Assembly: GCA_963820525.1 (NCBI GenBank)
Contig: CAWGAA010000003.1
Span: 736,001-800,000 of the forward strand
DNA: 64,000 bases
Source: an uncultured Spirochaetota bacterium
Lineage (GTDB): Bacteria; Spirochaetota; Spirochaetia; SZUA-6; Fen-1364
Direction of reading: 5' to 3'
Shown here: positions 27,552-37,401 of the stretch, in pieces
How positions within the stretch are numbered: position 1 is the first letter of the stretch
How the letters are laid out: every line of letters starts with the position of its first letter
Notes under the pieces: model-generated
Seen by the model: only the letters and a program-made list of their open reading frames with translations
Databases searched by the model: none
Told to the model about the DNA's origin: nothing
Program-made: the position numbers and the translations under genes

Positions 27552-28010
27552 ATGACGGAAGCGGCGCTCCAAACCGTACCCCAGCCCACGAGCCACGACA
27601 CCGAGATAATCCGGATCATCGGAGAGCTTCGGGAAGTGTTCGAGGCGCATTTCGACAGGACCTGGTTTGCCCTGCTCATCGATGAGATGCCCATCGATTC
27701 GCGCGCGGTGCGCGAGATCAGGCGCCTGGTCTCGCTGAAGAGCATTTTTCCCGGAGAGGAGTGGGAGGTCTGGCAGCGGGTGCAGGAGATGGAGGAGTTC
27801 ATCCTCCATGTGAAGCGCTTCCTCCTTCCCGTGCTCAAGGAGAGGCTAGGCGTCTCGTGGCTCACCCCATCGCGCCGCTCGCCGGACCGGACCCAGATCA
27901 TCATCAGGGAATTCGTTGCCTTCACCTTCCCCTACAACCTCGAGCGCCTGCGGGTGCTCACGGAGAAGCTCAAGGCGAGCCTCCGCCTCCACTACCCCTT
28001 TCTCCAGTGA
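27552..28010 (+). CDS. Hypothetical alpha-helical cytoplasmic protein
   Basis: GGAG RBS, host-like codon usage, and it fills the gap before the MoxR gene. Confidence 0.7.
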   Translation: MTEAALQTVPQPTSHDTEIIRIIGELREVFEAHFDRTWFALLIDEMPIDSRAVREIRRLVSLKSIFPGEEWEVWQRVQEMEEFILHVKRFLLPVLKERLGVSWLTPSRRSPDRTQIIIREFVAFTFPYNLERLRVLTEKLKASLRLHYPFLQ

Positions 28011-28028
28011 GGTGCTACACTAGGCTCG

Positions 28029-29018
28029 ATGGGTGAATCGCAAGCGGAAGTCCTTCCTCAGCAGGACTTCGCCCGGTCCCACGAATTGGCGCGCCGGCTC
28101 GTCGACGGCCTTGAGCGCGTCATTCGCGGTAAAAGGACCGTTCTTGAATACCTGATCACGGGGATCCTCGCCAGCGGACACGTCCTGATCGAGGACGTGC
28201 CGGGCCTCGGCAAGACCACCCTGGCCAAGACCGTCGCACGGCTCATCTCCCGGTCGCGCAAATCCAGCCCCGTCGTCTTCCGGAGAATACAGTTCACTCC
28301 CGACCTGCTGCCCTACGACATCACGGGGGTGGACATATTCGATCCGGAGAGCAAGGGCTTCGTCTTCTCCCCCGGACCCGTTTTCGCCAATGTGCTCCTC
28401 GCCGACGAGATCAACCGCACCACCCCCAAGGTGCAGTCGGCGCTGCTGGAGGTCATGGCGGAGAGCCAGGTCACCGTGGGCAACAAGACCTACCCCATGG
28501 ACCCCTTCTTCTTCGTCATCGCCACGCAGAACCCGGTGGAGATCGAGGGCGTGTATCCTCTGCCCCTGGCGCAGATCGACAGGTTCCTGATGCGGCTGCG
28601 CATCGGGTATCCCGACCTCGAGGTGGAAGTGGGCATCGTTCGCGACGACCCGTCGGCGACGATCATGCCGGAGATCCAGCCCGTGTGCGGCAAGGATGAC
28701 GTCCTCGACGCGCGGGGGTGGGCGTCCCGCGTCTTCTGCGACGAACGGCTCATGCGCGCGGCCGTGGGGGTATCCGCCGCCACGCGGGGGCACCAGGGCA
28801 TCGAGCTTGGCGCATCCCCCCGGGGAAGCCTCATGCTGGTGCGCGCGGCGCGCGCCCTGGCGCTGGTCCGCGGCAGGGACTACGTGATAGATCAGGACCT
28901 CGTGGACATGGCGCCGCCCGTCATCGCGCATCGGCTGCGCCTCAAGGATACTCGACTGGATTCGGAGAGCCTCGTGCGGGAGATCGTGCTGGCGGAGCTT
29001 TCTCGGATCCCCTACTAG
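28029..29018 (+). CDS. MoxR family AAA+ ATPase
   Basis: EDVPGLGKT, RIQFTPDLLP.DITG, LADEINRTTPKVQSALLE, ATQNP.E.EG.YPLP.AQ.DRF. TGcTACACT lies 7 nt before the ATG. Confidence 0.95.
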   Translation: MGESQAEVLPQQDFARSHELARRLVDGLERVIRGKRTVLEYLITGILASGHVLIEDVPGLGKTTLAKTVARLISRSRKSSPVVFRRIQFTPDLLPYDITGVDIFDPESKGFVFSPGPVFANVLLADEINRTTPKVQSALLEVMAESQVTVGNKTYPMDPFFFVIATQNPVEIEGVYPLPLAQIDRFLMRLRIGYPDLEVEVGIVRDDPSATIMPEIQPVCGKDDVLDARGWASRVFCDERLMRAAVGVSAATRGHQGIELGASPRGSLMLVRAARALALVRGRDYVIDQDLVDMAPPVIAHRLRLKDTRLDSESLVREIVLAELSRIPY

Positions 29019-29027
29019 GCAGGCAAG

Positions 29028-30365
29028 ATGCGCAGCCCTCCGCTTCGATCCTCCCCCCTTGGATTCATCAAGAAGGCCGTTCCCCTGACATCGCGCGGGG
29101 TGTTCCTCCTCTCGCTTTCCGTGCTCATTCTCGGCCTCGGGGTCTGGCGGGCCGACATGGCCGGCCTGTTCTGGGGCTCCAGCTTCCTGCTCGCTTCTCT
29201 GTACGCCGTGGTAGGAAACCACCTCACCCGGCTTTTCGTCTCCCGAGGCAAGGGGGCGCCGGGCTTCCTGGAGGTTCACCTGCCCGTGTCGGTCCTCTCC
29301 CCGGGGGAGGAAGCCGAGGCGCACATCGGCGTCACCCTCGCGAAAATACTGATGCCCGGATTCACCGTCCGCTTTACCCTGCCGCTCCACTGGCACGAGA
29401 GAAGCGTGAGCGGCGTCCGCTCGCCCCTCGCCCCCGGACAAAACCGGCACTCCATCCGCTTCCGCGCCGAGAAAAGAGGAAGCTATTCGGCTGATGAGGC
29501 GCTCTTCGAGGTGCGCGACATCCTCGGTTTCTCTTCAGGAGCCTTTTCCGTCTCCGTGCGCGAATCGGTAAAGGTCTTCCCCCGGGTGGCTCCCCGAAGG
29601 GACCCCCTGCGCGTGGTTCAGGAGGGCGGGGACGCGGTGCGCTACGCCGCGCAGAGACGGAGGAGCGAGGAGCTTCTGGAGGTAAGAAAGTACTTCCCCG
29701 GAGACGACGTTCGAAAGCTCAACTGGAAGGTGTTCGCCCACTCCAGCGAGCTGTTCCTGAGGATCGGGGAGGAGACTCCTCCGCCGGAGTCCCGCTTCCT
29801 CATCATCCTCGATTCCACCGCCAATCCCCTGGTGCCGCGCGGCATGGCGGCTGATTATCTCGACGGCGTGGTCGAGGAATGCGCCACTACCATGACGATC
29901 CTTCTCTCACGCGGCACCGAGGCGTTGTTCTGGAGGCCGGGGTCGGCGCAGTGCCACCCCTTCACGCAGGAATCCGCCACGGAGCTCATGGCCATCCTTG
30001 CCGACGTGTGGTGGGCCGAGCCCGGGTGGGCCATGGAGCTTCCCGCGCGCACGGGCATGCACGCTTTAGTTTTCTCCACGCCGGGATCCCCGTCCTTAGA
30101 CCGCATCATGAGAGAGGTCGCCGGCAGGGGGTGGAGGGCGAGCCTGTTCCTCAAGGATCTCGATTGCGCTCCGCAAGGGGCCGGACGCGTGCGCGTGCGA
30201 GACCTGATATTCGTTTCCCCCGCGGGAAGCGCCCCCGCCCGGGGGCAGGCGTACAACGCCAGGAGCCTCCGCCCCTTCCGCGACGCGATGGCGGAAGCCG
30301 TGGCGCGCTACGGGGGATCGCTCGCGGGGGCTGCGCCTCCCCGGACCGAAAGGACTCGACCATGA
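29028..30365 (+). CDS. DUF58 domain membrane protein
   Basis: Two N-terminal TMs, RG.Y, D.LG, V.V.P, EVRKYFPGDDVRKLNWK, IILD. Confidence 0.88.
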   Translation: MRSPPLRSSPLGFIKKAVPLTSRGVFLLSLSVLILGLGVWRADMAGLFWGSSFLLASLYAVVGNHLTRLFVSRGKGAPGFLEVHLPVSVLSPGEEAEAHIGVTLAKILMPGFTVRFTLPLHWHERSVSGVRSPLAPGQNRHSIRFRAEKRGSYSADEALFEVRDILGFSSGAFSVSVRESVKVFPRVAPRRDPLRVVQEGGDAVRYAAQRRRSEELLEVRKYFPGDDVRKLNWKVFAHSSELFLRIGEETPPPESRFLIILDSTANPLVPRGMAADYLDGVVEECATTMTILLSRGTEALFWRPGSAQCHPFTQESATELMAILADVWWAEPGWAMELPARTGMHALVFSTPGSPSLDRIMREVAGRGWRASLFLKDLDCAPQGAGRVRVRDLIFVSPAGSAPARGQAYNARSLRPFRDAMAEAVARYGGSLAGAAPPRTERTRP

Positions 30366-32536
30366 TGCAAGCGCGTGAGAGGGCCCGCCCCCTCGCCCTC
30401 TTCCTTCTTCGAAACCTCGTCCTCTACTTCTTCCTGGTGAACGGCTACCTCCAGCTGCGCGAGCAGCTGGACATCTTCTTCCAATGCGCCGCGTTCCTGG
30501 TCGGCGTGCTCGTGGCGCTCTGGATGGAGAAAGGACGTTTGAGGTTTCTCCCCGCCCTGCTCCTGGCGGCCGCGCTGCCCGCCGCGCTTCACGCCCTGTT
30601 CTTTCTCGTGTTCCGGCTCCAGCGAGCCGCCGCCCCGGGGCCCGCCACGGATTTCCTCTTCCTTCTCTTCGACAAGGACTTCCCCCCCTCCGTCGTCGCC
30701 TTCGCGCTGGCCTGGCTTTTCAACTTCCTGGCCCTCCGGTGGCGCGGGTTCCCCTTCATCGAAGTCGGGCTCAACTCCCTTCTCCTGCTCCTCGTGTTCT
30801 GGACCCAGGCCGGATACCGCTTGAGCCTGTACTCGCACCCTTCCATCCTGGCATACCTGCTCGCCGCTTTCGTTGTGTCGGAGCTCTTCGTGCTGCTCCT
30901 CGCCTGGGTGGGTGAAGCCCGGGAGAAGGAGGGAGCGAGGGGACGGCTCTCCGCACGGTCCCTGCTTTCGTTCTCCTGGATCGTGCTTCCCCTGCTCCTG
31001 GTTTTCCTCTTCTTCCTCCTGGGAAAGTACAGCGAAGGAGCCGTGAAGGCCGGCGGAGGGCTCATGAAGCCGACTCTCTTCAGATTCGACTTCTCGCCCT
31101 TCATCAAGCTGGAGAGCGAGATCCGGATGTCGGACGAGCTCGTGCTCCTGTACCGCACGGAAGGCGAGGCGGACAGGTGGCTTCTCAAGCGCTTCGTCCT
31201 TCCCGGCTACGATCCGAACCGGGGATTCTTCATGGAAAAGGGCAAGGGCATCGACGAATACCCTTCAACGGTCCCCGACTCATCCCAGTCGTTCCCCGAC
31301 CCGCGCTATCGGGACAGGCAGGACGTCACGCAGGAGTACTTCTTCCTCACCCTGGATCCTTCTTCCCTGATCGCGGTGGACTATCCCCTTCAGGTGACCC
31401 CCCTGAAGAACTGGAAGGGCTCCTCGTTTCTCAGGGTCTACAGGGTGCTGTCGCGGGCGGTGAGATCGGAAACGGCCGCCTCCAGGGTGAGCAGGCCTCC
31501 CGCTCTGCCCCCCGGAGCCCTCGCCTACTACACGGATTACGCGAAAGACGACCTGATCAGGAACCTCGCGCTCACCGTGACCGCGGACGAATCTTCCTAT
31601 TATGGAAAAGTATGGGCGATCGAAGACTACCTGAAAACGAACTACCTCTACTCTCTGAAACCGGGGATCGCGGAGGACGGCAACCAGCTCCACTACTTCC
31701 TCTTCGACTCCAAGAAGGGCTACTGCTCCTACTTCGCTTTCGCCATGGCCCTCATGTGCCGCAGCCTCGGCATCCCCGCCCGCGTGGCCGTCGGATTCTA
31801 CGTGGATCCCAAGCTCGAGGTGCTCAACTTCTACGAGGTGCGCGCCTTCCAGGCCCACGCCTGGGTGGAGGTGTACTTCGGGGACCTGGGGTGGATCCAG
31901 TTCGATCCCACCTCGGACCGCCTTGCGCCGGGCGAGCAGTTCAGCTTCTTCATGGGTCCGGACAAGGACACGCTGTCCAAGCTCATCAAGGAGATCCTGG
32001 CCAACCAGAACGCCCTCACCGAGGAGCAGCCCCCGCTGCCGCCTCCCTCTCCCATCTCCGGAATAGGGGCTGAGGTTGCCCGGGTCATCTGGATCCTGGC
32101 CCGCCTGTGGTACGTGACCCTGCCCGCACTCTATCTGCTGTACCTCCTCTCGGCGAAGCTCCTCCCCTCGCTTCCCGGCCTGCTCTTCGGCCCGCCGCGG
32201 GCCCGGGCGCGCAGCCTCTACCGCCTCTCTCTCACCCTTCTCTACGGCATCGGAGCCACGCGGCGGTCCACCGAGTCTCCCCTGGAGTACGGATGCCGCG
32301 TCGAGAGGGAGAAAGGGATCGAGCTTTCCCCACTCACCGACGGATACCTCAAGGCCGTGTTCGGCGGGAGCTTCACCGGGGAGGACCTTCGCGGCCAGCG
32401 GGCCGCTCGCGCCCGCTTCCTGGCGTCCTATCGGGCGCGGGTGAACCCCGCCCTGCGGATCCTCGGCCTCCTCAACCCCTTGAACTCACTAAGCCTCTCG
32501 ATCCGCGCCTGGCAGGCGGTCGGGGAGCGCCGCTGA
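30362..32536 (+). CDS. Membrane-bound transglutaminase-like protein (TgpA-like)
   Basis: Multiple N-terminal TMs; catalytic triad GYCSYFA / HAWVEV / FDPT; GIPARVAVGF. Confidence 0.88.
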   Translation: MMQARERARPLALFLLRNLVLYFFLVNGYLQLREQLDIFFQCAAFLVGVLVALWMEKGRLRFLPALLLAAALPAALHALFFLVFRLQRAAAPGPATDFLFLLFDKDFPPSVVAFALAWLFNFLALRWRGFPFIEVGLNSLLLLLVFWTQAGYRLSLYSHPSILAYLLAAFVVSELFVLLLAWVGEAREKEGARGRLSARSLLSFSWIVLPLLLVFLFFLLGKYSEGAVKAGGGLMKPTLFRFDFSPFIKLESEIRMSDELVLLYRTEGEADRWLLKRFVLPGYDPNRGFFMEKGKGIDEYPSTVPDSSQSFPDPRYRDRQDVTQEYFFLTLDPSSLIAVDYPLQVTPLKNWKGSSFLRVYRVLSRAVRSETAASRVSRPPALPPGALAYYTDYAKDDLIRNLALTVTADESSYYGKVWAIEDYLKTNYLYSLKPGIAEDGNQLHYFLFDSKKGYCSYFAFAMALMCRSLGIPARVAVGFYVDPKLEVLNFYEVRAFQAHAWVEVYFGDLGWIQFDPTSDRLAPGEQFSFFMGPDKDTLSKLIKEILANQNALTEEQPPLPPPSPISGIGAEVARVIWILARLWYVTLPALYLLYLLSAKLLPSLPGLLFGPPRARARSLYRLSLTLLYGIGATRRSTESPLEYGCRVEREKGIELSPLTDGYLKAVFGGSFTGEDLRGQRAARARFLASYRARVNPALRILGLLNPLNSLSLSIRAWQAVGERR

Positions 32537-34329
32537 TGAGGCGCCCGTCGGTTTGCCTCCTCCTTCTGCTTCTCTTCACAGCGACGGTTGTTTCCGCCCA
32601 GGCGGGAGCGGTGGGATCGCTGGACTGGTACGATTCAGAGGCGAAGCAGGCCATCTCCCAGAGCAACTATGAGACCGCCGTGCGCATCCTCACCGAGGCG
32701 AAAGGGAAATTTCCCGACGCCTCCAAGATCAACCTGGAGCTGGCCGACCTCTACTACGACAAGGAGCTGTACCCGCTGGCGCTCGACGAGTATCGCGATG
32801 CCGAGAAAAAGGGAAGCGAAGACTTCCACACCCTCAACCAGATCGCCAGATCGTACGGCAAGCTCAACAGGGAAAAGGACTCCATCGGGTACCTCACCCG
32901 CATCCTCTCCCTCTATCCCGACAGCGTGGAGACCATCGACGATCTAGGCTGGATGTACTTCAAGACCTTCCAGCTGGAGAAGGGGGAGAAGATCCTGCTC
33001 GCCGGGATCAAGAAGTTCGGCTTGCAGCGCAACATGGCCATGACCCTCGGCACGATCTACTCCGGGATGAACAACTACGACCGCTCGCGCGAGTACTACC
33101 TCAAGTCGATCGACGACGCCCTGTCGGCCAACGACCGGTATTTCGCCTCGATCGCCTACTACAACCTCTCGCTGCTGGAAGAGAGCTTCTACCACTACAA
33201 CTCGGCCCTCGCCTTCACGGAGGATTCCGTCTTCATGGAGGATCGCGCTTCCGGCCACCTTGCCCGCGGGGAGCTCATCCAGTCACGGATGGACTTCCGC
33301 GGGGCGCTGGAGGAATACCAGAAGGCCTTCGAGCGCGACTCCACGCCCCTCACGCGCGTCAACCTCGCCATCCTGCACCGGCTCTTCGGTCACCTGGAGC
33401 TCGCCCGCCGCTACGCCGAGGAGGCGTTCGGCACCAAGGATCTGGCCTGGATGCTGTACTATGGCACCGACGTGTCCCGCCACTACAAGGACTTGAGCGA
33501 GATCCTGAGCGATGTCTACCGGGGGCTTTCCCGCGTGGAAGCCACGCGGCCGACGGCGGGCCCCTTCGACCGCGTTGCCGCCCTCGCCGTCTCCCTCAGG
33601 GACCGCGTCATCTCCTGGTACTACGCCCAGAGATTCCGTCTCTACTCCCTCGCCATCGGCAAGCAATATATGGCCGAAGGAAGGTGGGAGGAGGCCTCCT
33701 GGGAGTTCTACAAGGCGAGCCAACCGTATCGGGAGGTGGCGGCGACATACCTTGCCAAGGCGCGAGCCCTGGAAACGGCCCGCACCCCCCACGCCGAGCC
33801 CTTCTACCTCCAGGAGGAAGGCAAGCTGCGGGGCTCGGTTGAGCTTCTCACCAGGTCGATTGCGGGCTTCGATCCCTTCTGGGAGCGGGAAGCCACGGCG
33901 GACTCCCTCACCACCCTGGCCCCCCTGCTGGCCCGCCGCGGGGAGACTGCAGCCCGACGGGATGCGCTGAACCGGCTCTACGACATCAACCCCGGCGCGT
34001 TCCGCCAGGAAGCGCTCGGGCTCCCCCTTTCCCTCCAGATGCCCGAGAATCTCTGGGGGGGATGGGAAAAAGCCCTGATTGTCCGATACTTGAAGAGGGC
34101 GGGCTCCGAGATCGTCGAGTCCCGGGCCGGCGGGTCGCCCCCGCCGTCGGGGTTCCGGTACGCTCTGTCGCTCAGCCTCCAGGCCGAGGGGAAGGCGCGC
34201 TACGCCCTGACGGACGTCCATTCCGGACAGGTCCTGGTGGAGAACAGCCGCCGGCTTTCCGGCGGCGTCTTCAAGCGGTGCGCCGCCCTCGTGCAGGGGA
34301 TTCTTGATGATTTATATAAGGTTCAATAG
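32536..34329 (+). CDS. Exported tetratricopeptide-repeat protein
   Basis: Signal peptide VSA-Q; repeated LADLYY, LGWMY, LGTIY, YYNLS and ARGEL helical TPR motifs; TGATG coupling to the upstream gene. Confidence 0.8.
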   Translation: MRRPSVCLLLLLLFTATVVSAQAGAVGSLDWYDSEAKQAISQSNYETAVRILTEAKGKFPDASKINLELADLYYDKELYPLALDEYRDAEKKGSEDFHTLNQIARSYGKLNREKDSIGYLTRILSLYPDSVETIDDLGWMYFKTFQLEKGEKILLAGIKKFGLQRNMAMTLGTIYSGMNNYDRSREYYLKSIDDALSANDRYFASIAYYNLSLLEESFYHYNSALAFTEDSVFMEDRASGHLARGELIQSRMDFRGALEEYQKAFERDSTPLTRVNLAILHRLFGHLELARRYAEEAFGTKDLAWMLYYGTDVSRHYKDLSEILSDVYRGLSRVEATRPTAGPFDRVAALAVSLRDRVISWYYAQRFRLYSLAIGKQYMAEGRWEEASWEFYKASQPYREVAATYLAKARALETARTPHAEPFYLQEEGKLRGSVELLTRSIAGFDPFWEREATADSLTTLAPLLARRGETAARRDALNRLYDINPGAFRQEALGLPLSLQMPENLWGGWEKALIVRYLKRAGSEIVESRAGGSPPPSGFRYALSLSLQAEGKARYALTDVHSGQVLVENSRRLSGGVFKRCAALVQGILDDLYKVQ

Positions 34330-34366
34330 ATTCTTCTTTGAGGGGAGATAGAGTGAGGAAGGTGCA

Positions 34367-36313
34367 ATGCGCAAGTTGATCCTAAAGGTTTCAGAAAAGG
34401 TTCCGGAGCTTCCCACTCCCGTGCTCAAGGAATCCACCCTTAGCGTGAAACGGGTGAAGAAGCTCACCCCTCAGGCGGATGGAATCTCCGCGTATCTGGT
34501 GGACAGGCAATTCCTCGAGCAGAACGCCCAGGCGCTCAAGGGCGGAGGTCTCGCGCCCGGCTCCCTTTTGATATGGAACCCGGGGGGTGAAAAGAAGCTC
34601 CCCCCGGATCTGGTCCCCGAGGAGCTGGTCTACGACGAGGTGCTGTCCTTCAAACACCCCGCGCATTTCCTTCGAACCCTCCGAAACCTCTATCGAAGGC
34701 AGTTTTTAGAGAAAGAGCTCGCCCACAAGGAGCAGCTCCTCAAGGCCAAGGAGGACGAGAACGCGGAGCTTTTGGGCGTCGGGATAGCGCTTTCGGCTGA
34801 GCGGGACAATGACAAGCTGTTGAATTTCATCCTGTGGCAGCTTCGGCAAATCACCTGCGCGGATGCCGGCACCCTCTACCTGCTGGAGCGCGACGAGTCC
34901 ACCGGCGAGCAGAGGATGCATTTCAAGATCACGCAGAACGACTCCAACCCCTCGGACTACGACGAGTTCGTGATGCCGCTCTCCAAGAAAACGATATCGG
35001 GCTACGTCGCCTCGACGGCCAGGCCGCTCAACATAGAAGACGCCTACAAGATCCCCTCGGACAGGGAGTATGCGTTCAACAAGAACGTCGACGCCTCCAC
35101 GGGCTACCGGTGCAAGAGCATGCTCACGGTTCCCATGCAGGACCACAAGGGGGAGGTCCTCGGGGTCATCCAGCTCATCAACAGGAAAAAGAACATCGAT
35201 GTACGCATCGGCAAGCCGGAGGACGCCGAGAGGCTGGTGGTGCCCTTCTCGAGCGACATGGAGCCGATCGTGCTCTCCCTCGCGTCCCAGGCCGCAGTGT
35301 CCCTCGAGAACAACATGCTCTACGAGGAGATCGAGACCCTCTTCGAGGGGTTCGTGAAAGCGTCCGTGCTGGCCATCGAGTCCCGGGACCCCACCACCTT
35401 CGGCCATTCCAACAGGGTGGCCATCTACACGGTCGGGCTCGCCCAGGCCGTGGACAGGGCGGGCTTCGGCGCCTACAAGGACATCCACTTCACGGCGGAT
35501 CATTTGAAGGAGATCCGCTACGCCAGCCTCCTGCACGACTTCGGCAAGGTCGGCGTGCGCGAGAACGTCCTGGTGAAGGCCAAGAAGCTCTACCCCGGCC
35601 AGCTCGACCTGCTGAAGATGCGCTTCGCTTACATCCAGAAGGCCGTGATGTACTCCCTGCTCAAGGAGAGATTCGACGCGCTGTGCAACAGCGGGTTGGA
35701 GGGCTACCTGAAGATCAAGGCGGATTTCGACAAGAGGGAAGAGCAGTACCTGGCCGAGATCGACGGATACCTCAAGACAATCGTTTCAGCCAACGAGCCC
35801 CCGGTCCTGGCCGAAGAGCCTTCACGGATTCTCGACGAGATCCACGGCAAGACCTTCCTGGAAAAGGGCGGCCAGGCGCTTCCCTTCCTCACCGACGACG
35901 AGTACATCAAGCTGAAGATCCCCCGGGGAAGCCTCGACGAGCAGGAGAGGAAGGAGATCGAGAACCACGTGACGCACACATTCCTGTTCCTGCGCACCAT
36001 CCCGTGGACAAAGGAGATGAAAAATATCCCGGCCATTGCGTACGGCCACCACGAGATGCTCGACGGCAACGGCTATCCCCGGAAAATCCCCGCGGCCGAG
36101 ATCCCCGTCCAGACGCGCATGATGACGGTGAGCGACATCTATGATGCCCTCACGGCGTCCGATCGTCCCTACAAAAAGATAACCCCCCCGCAGAGGGCCC
36201 TCGACATCCTCTGCGCGATGGTCGACGAGCATAAGCTCGACGCTGACCTCGTGAAGCTCTTCATCGAAGCGAAGGTCTGGGAGAAGAAGCCCGAGCCGTC
36301 GAGAGCGGGCTAG
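34367..36313 (+). CDS. GAF + HD-GYP domain cyclic-di-GMP phosphodiesterase
   Basis: GAF (ADAGTLYL, KSMLTVPM..GVIQLIN), GHSNRVA, LHDFGK, HHEMLDGNGYP, DIYDALTASDRPYKK. Promoter TTGATG-17-TAGATT at 34304-34332. Confidence 0.9.
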   Translation: MRKLILKVSEKVPELPTPVLKESTLSVKRVKKLTPQADGISAYLVDRQFLEQNAQALKGGGLAPGSLLIWNPGGEKKLPPDLVPEELVYDEVLSFKHPAHFLRTLRNLYRRQFLEKELAHKEQLLKAKEDENAELLGVGIALSAERDNDKLLNFILWQLRQITCADAGTLYLLERDESTGEQRMHFKITQNDSNPSDYDEFVMPLSKKTISGYVASTARPLNIEDAYKIPSDREYAFNKNVDASTGYRCKSMLTVPMQDHKGEVLGVIQLINRKKNIDVRIGKPEDAERLVVPFSSDMEPIVLSLASQAAVSLENNMLYEEIETLFEGFVKASVLAIESRDPTTFGHSNRVAIYTVGLAQAVDRAGFGAYKDIHFTADHLKEIRYASLLHDFGKVGVRENVLVKAKKLYPGQLDLLKMRFAYIQKAVMYSLLKERFDALCNSGLEGYLKIKADFDKREEQYLAEIDGYLKTIVSANEPPVLAEEPSRILDEIHGKTFLEKGGQALPFLTDDEYIKLKIPRGSLDEQERKEIENHVTHTFLFLRTIPWTKEMKNIPAIAYGHHEMLDGNGYPRKIPAAEIPVQTRMMTVSDIYDALTASDRPYKKITPPQRALDILCAMVDEHKLDADLVKLFIEAKVWEKKPEPSRAG

Positions 36314-37317
36314 CGGCCGGACAGTTTCACGATCTCGTCCTGCGGCGATGATCTCAAGCGCTCCCTCTTTCCGCCCCGCTCGAGCATCACACCCTCGCCT
36401 TTCGGCCTGATCTCCCCGATGAGGGATGCGGGAATGCCGCGGGCTTTCAGGAGCGCGCAGGCGCGCTCGGCGACGTTCGGCGCCGCGGTGAAGAGAAAGA
36501 CGCCGGAGCTCAGGAGGCCCAGGGGGTCCAGCCCGAAATGCCGGCACAAGAGAGACGTCTCCTCCCGGATGGGGAGGGATTCGAGGGAAATGAAGGCGCC
36601 CACCTCGCTTCGGGCGCACACCTCGTGAACGCCCATTGCAAGCCCGCCCTCGGTGGGATCGTGACCGCTTGAAAGCTCCACGCCTTCGAGCGTCTTGCCT
36701 TCCTCTACGATGGAGATTCCCGGGTTTTCCAGCCATGCGAGCACGGAGCGGTATCTCTCGGACCCCAGCACCCGCTCCGATTCCGCGGGCCTTTCGCGGG
36801 CGATCAGCGTCGTTCCTTCCAGCCCCACCCACTTCGTCATGCCGATGACATCGCCGGGCTTGGCGCCCCCCGTCAAAAGCGGGGCGCGGGAGAGAAATCC
36901 CACGGCATGCCCCGAGACCACGATCCGGCTCACCGCCGAGGTCACCTCCGTATGCCCCCCAACCCAGAGGATCTCCGCCTTGGCGCAGGCCTCCGCGATC
37001 TCGGCGAACACCCTCTCGCAGCGCTCCGCGGTGGTTCCCGGCGGAAGCAGGATGGTCGTGGTGAGGTACATGGGCCGGCCGCCCATGGCAACGACGTCGT
37101 TGGCGTTGACCGCCACGGCATACGCGCCGATCCGCTCCTCCGTGAACGTGATGGGATCCGCCGTGAGCACAATGGTTTCGGCCCCCGCGGCCACGGCCGC
37201 GTCCTCGCCGCACGCCGCGCCGACGCTTAAAAGCGGGGAACGGGAGGTGTAGCCGAGAAGCCGCTCGAGGATTTCAGGGGGCAGCTTCCCTTCCTCAAGG
37301 CGCCGAGTATCCTTCAT
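36310..37317 (-). CDS. AIR synthase-related (PurM/HypE/ThiL superfamily) protein
   Basis: GKLP, GEDAA, DPIT, NANDV..MGG.P, GGHTEVT, HDPTEGG, DPL.LLSSG. Confidence 0.85.
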   Translation of the reverse strand: MKDTRRLEEGKLPPEILERLLGYTSRSPLLSVGAACGEDAAVAAGAETIVLTADPITFTEERIGAYAVAVNANDVVAMGGRPMYLTTTILLPPGTTAERCERVFAEIAEACAKAEILWVGGHTEVTSAVSRIVVSGHAVGFLSRAPLLTGGAKPGDVIGMTKWVGLEGTTLIARERPAESERVLGSERYRSVLAWLENPGISIVEEGKTLEGVELSSGHDPTEGGLAMGVHEVCARSEVGAFISLESLPIREETSLLCRHFGLDPLGLLSSGVFLFTAAPNVAERACALLKARGIPASLIGEIRPKGEGVMLERGGKRERLRSSPQDEIVKLSGR

Positions 37318-37363
37318 TGAGCACAAGGATCGGAGATTGGGGCCGTTCGGTCAAGCCGCCGGC

Positions 37364-37393
37364 TTGAAACTCCACCCGCCCGCGGGCTACAAT
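37364..37393 (+). promoter_or_regulatory. Sigma70 promoter for the PilZN3-recQ genes (probably leaderless), back-to-back with a minus-strand TTGACC promoter
   Basis: TTGAAA-18-TACAAT-8 nt-ATG with no SD. Minus strand has TTGACC at 37354-37349. Confidence 0.6.
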
Positions 37394-37401
37394 AGAACAG
37401 T

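Noticed and set aside
36310..37317. hypE as evidence of a [NiFe]-hydrogenase cluster
   Set aside because: No C-terminal PRIC motif and no other hyp or hydrogenase genes nearby. It is a generic AIR-synthase-like protein.
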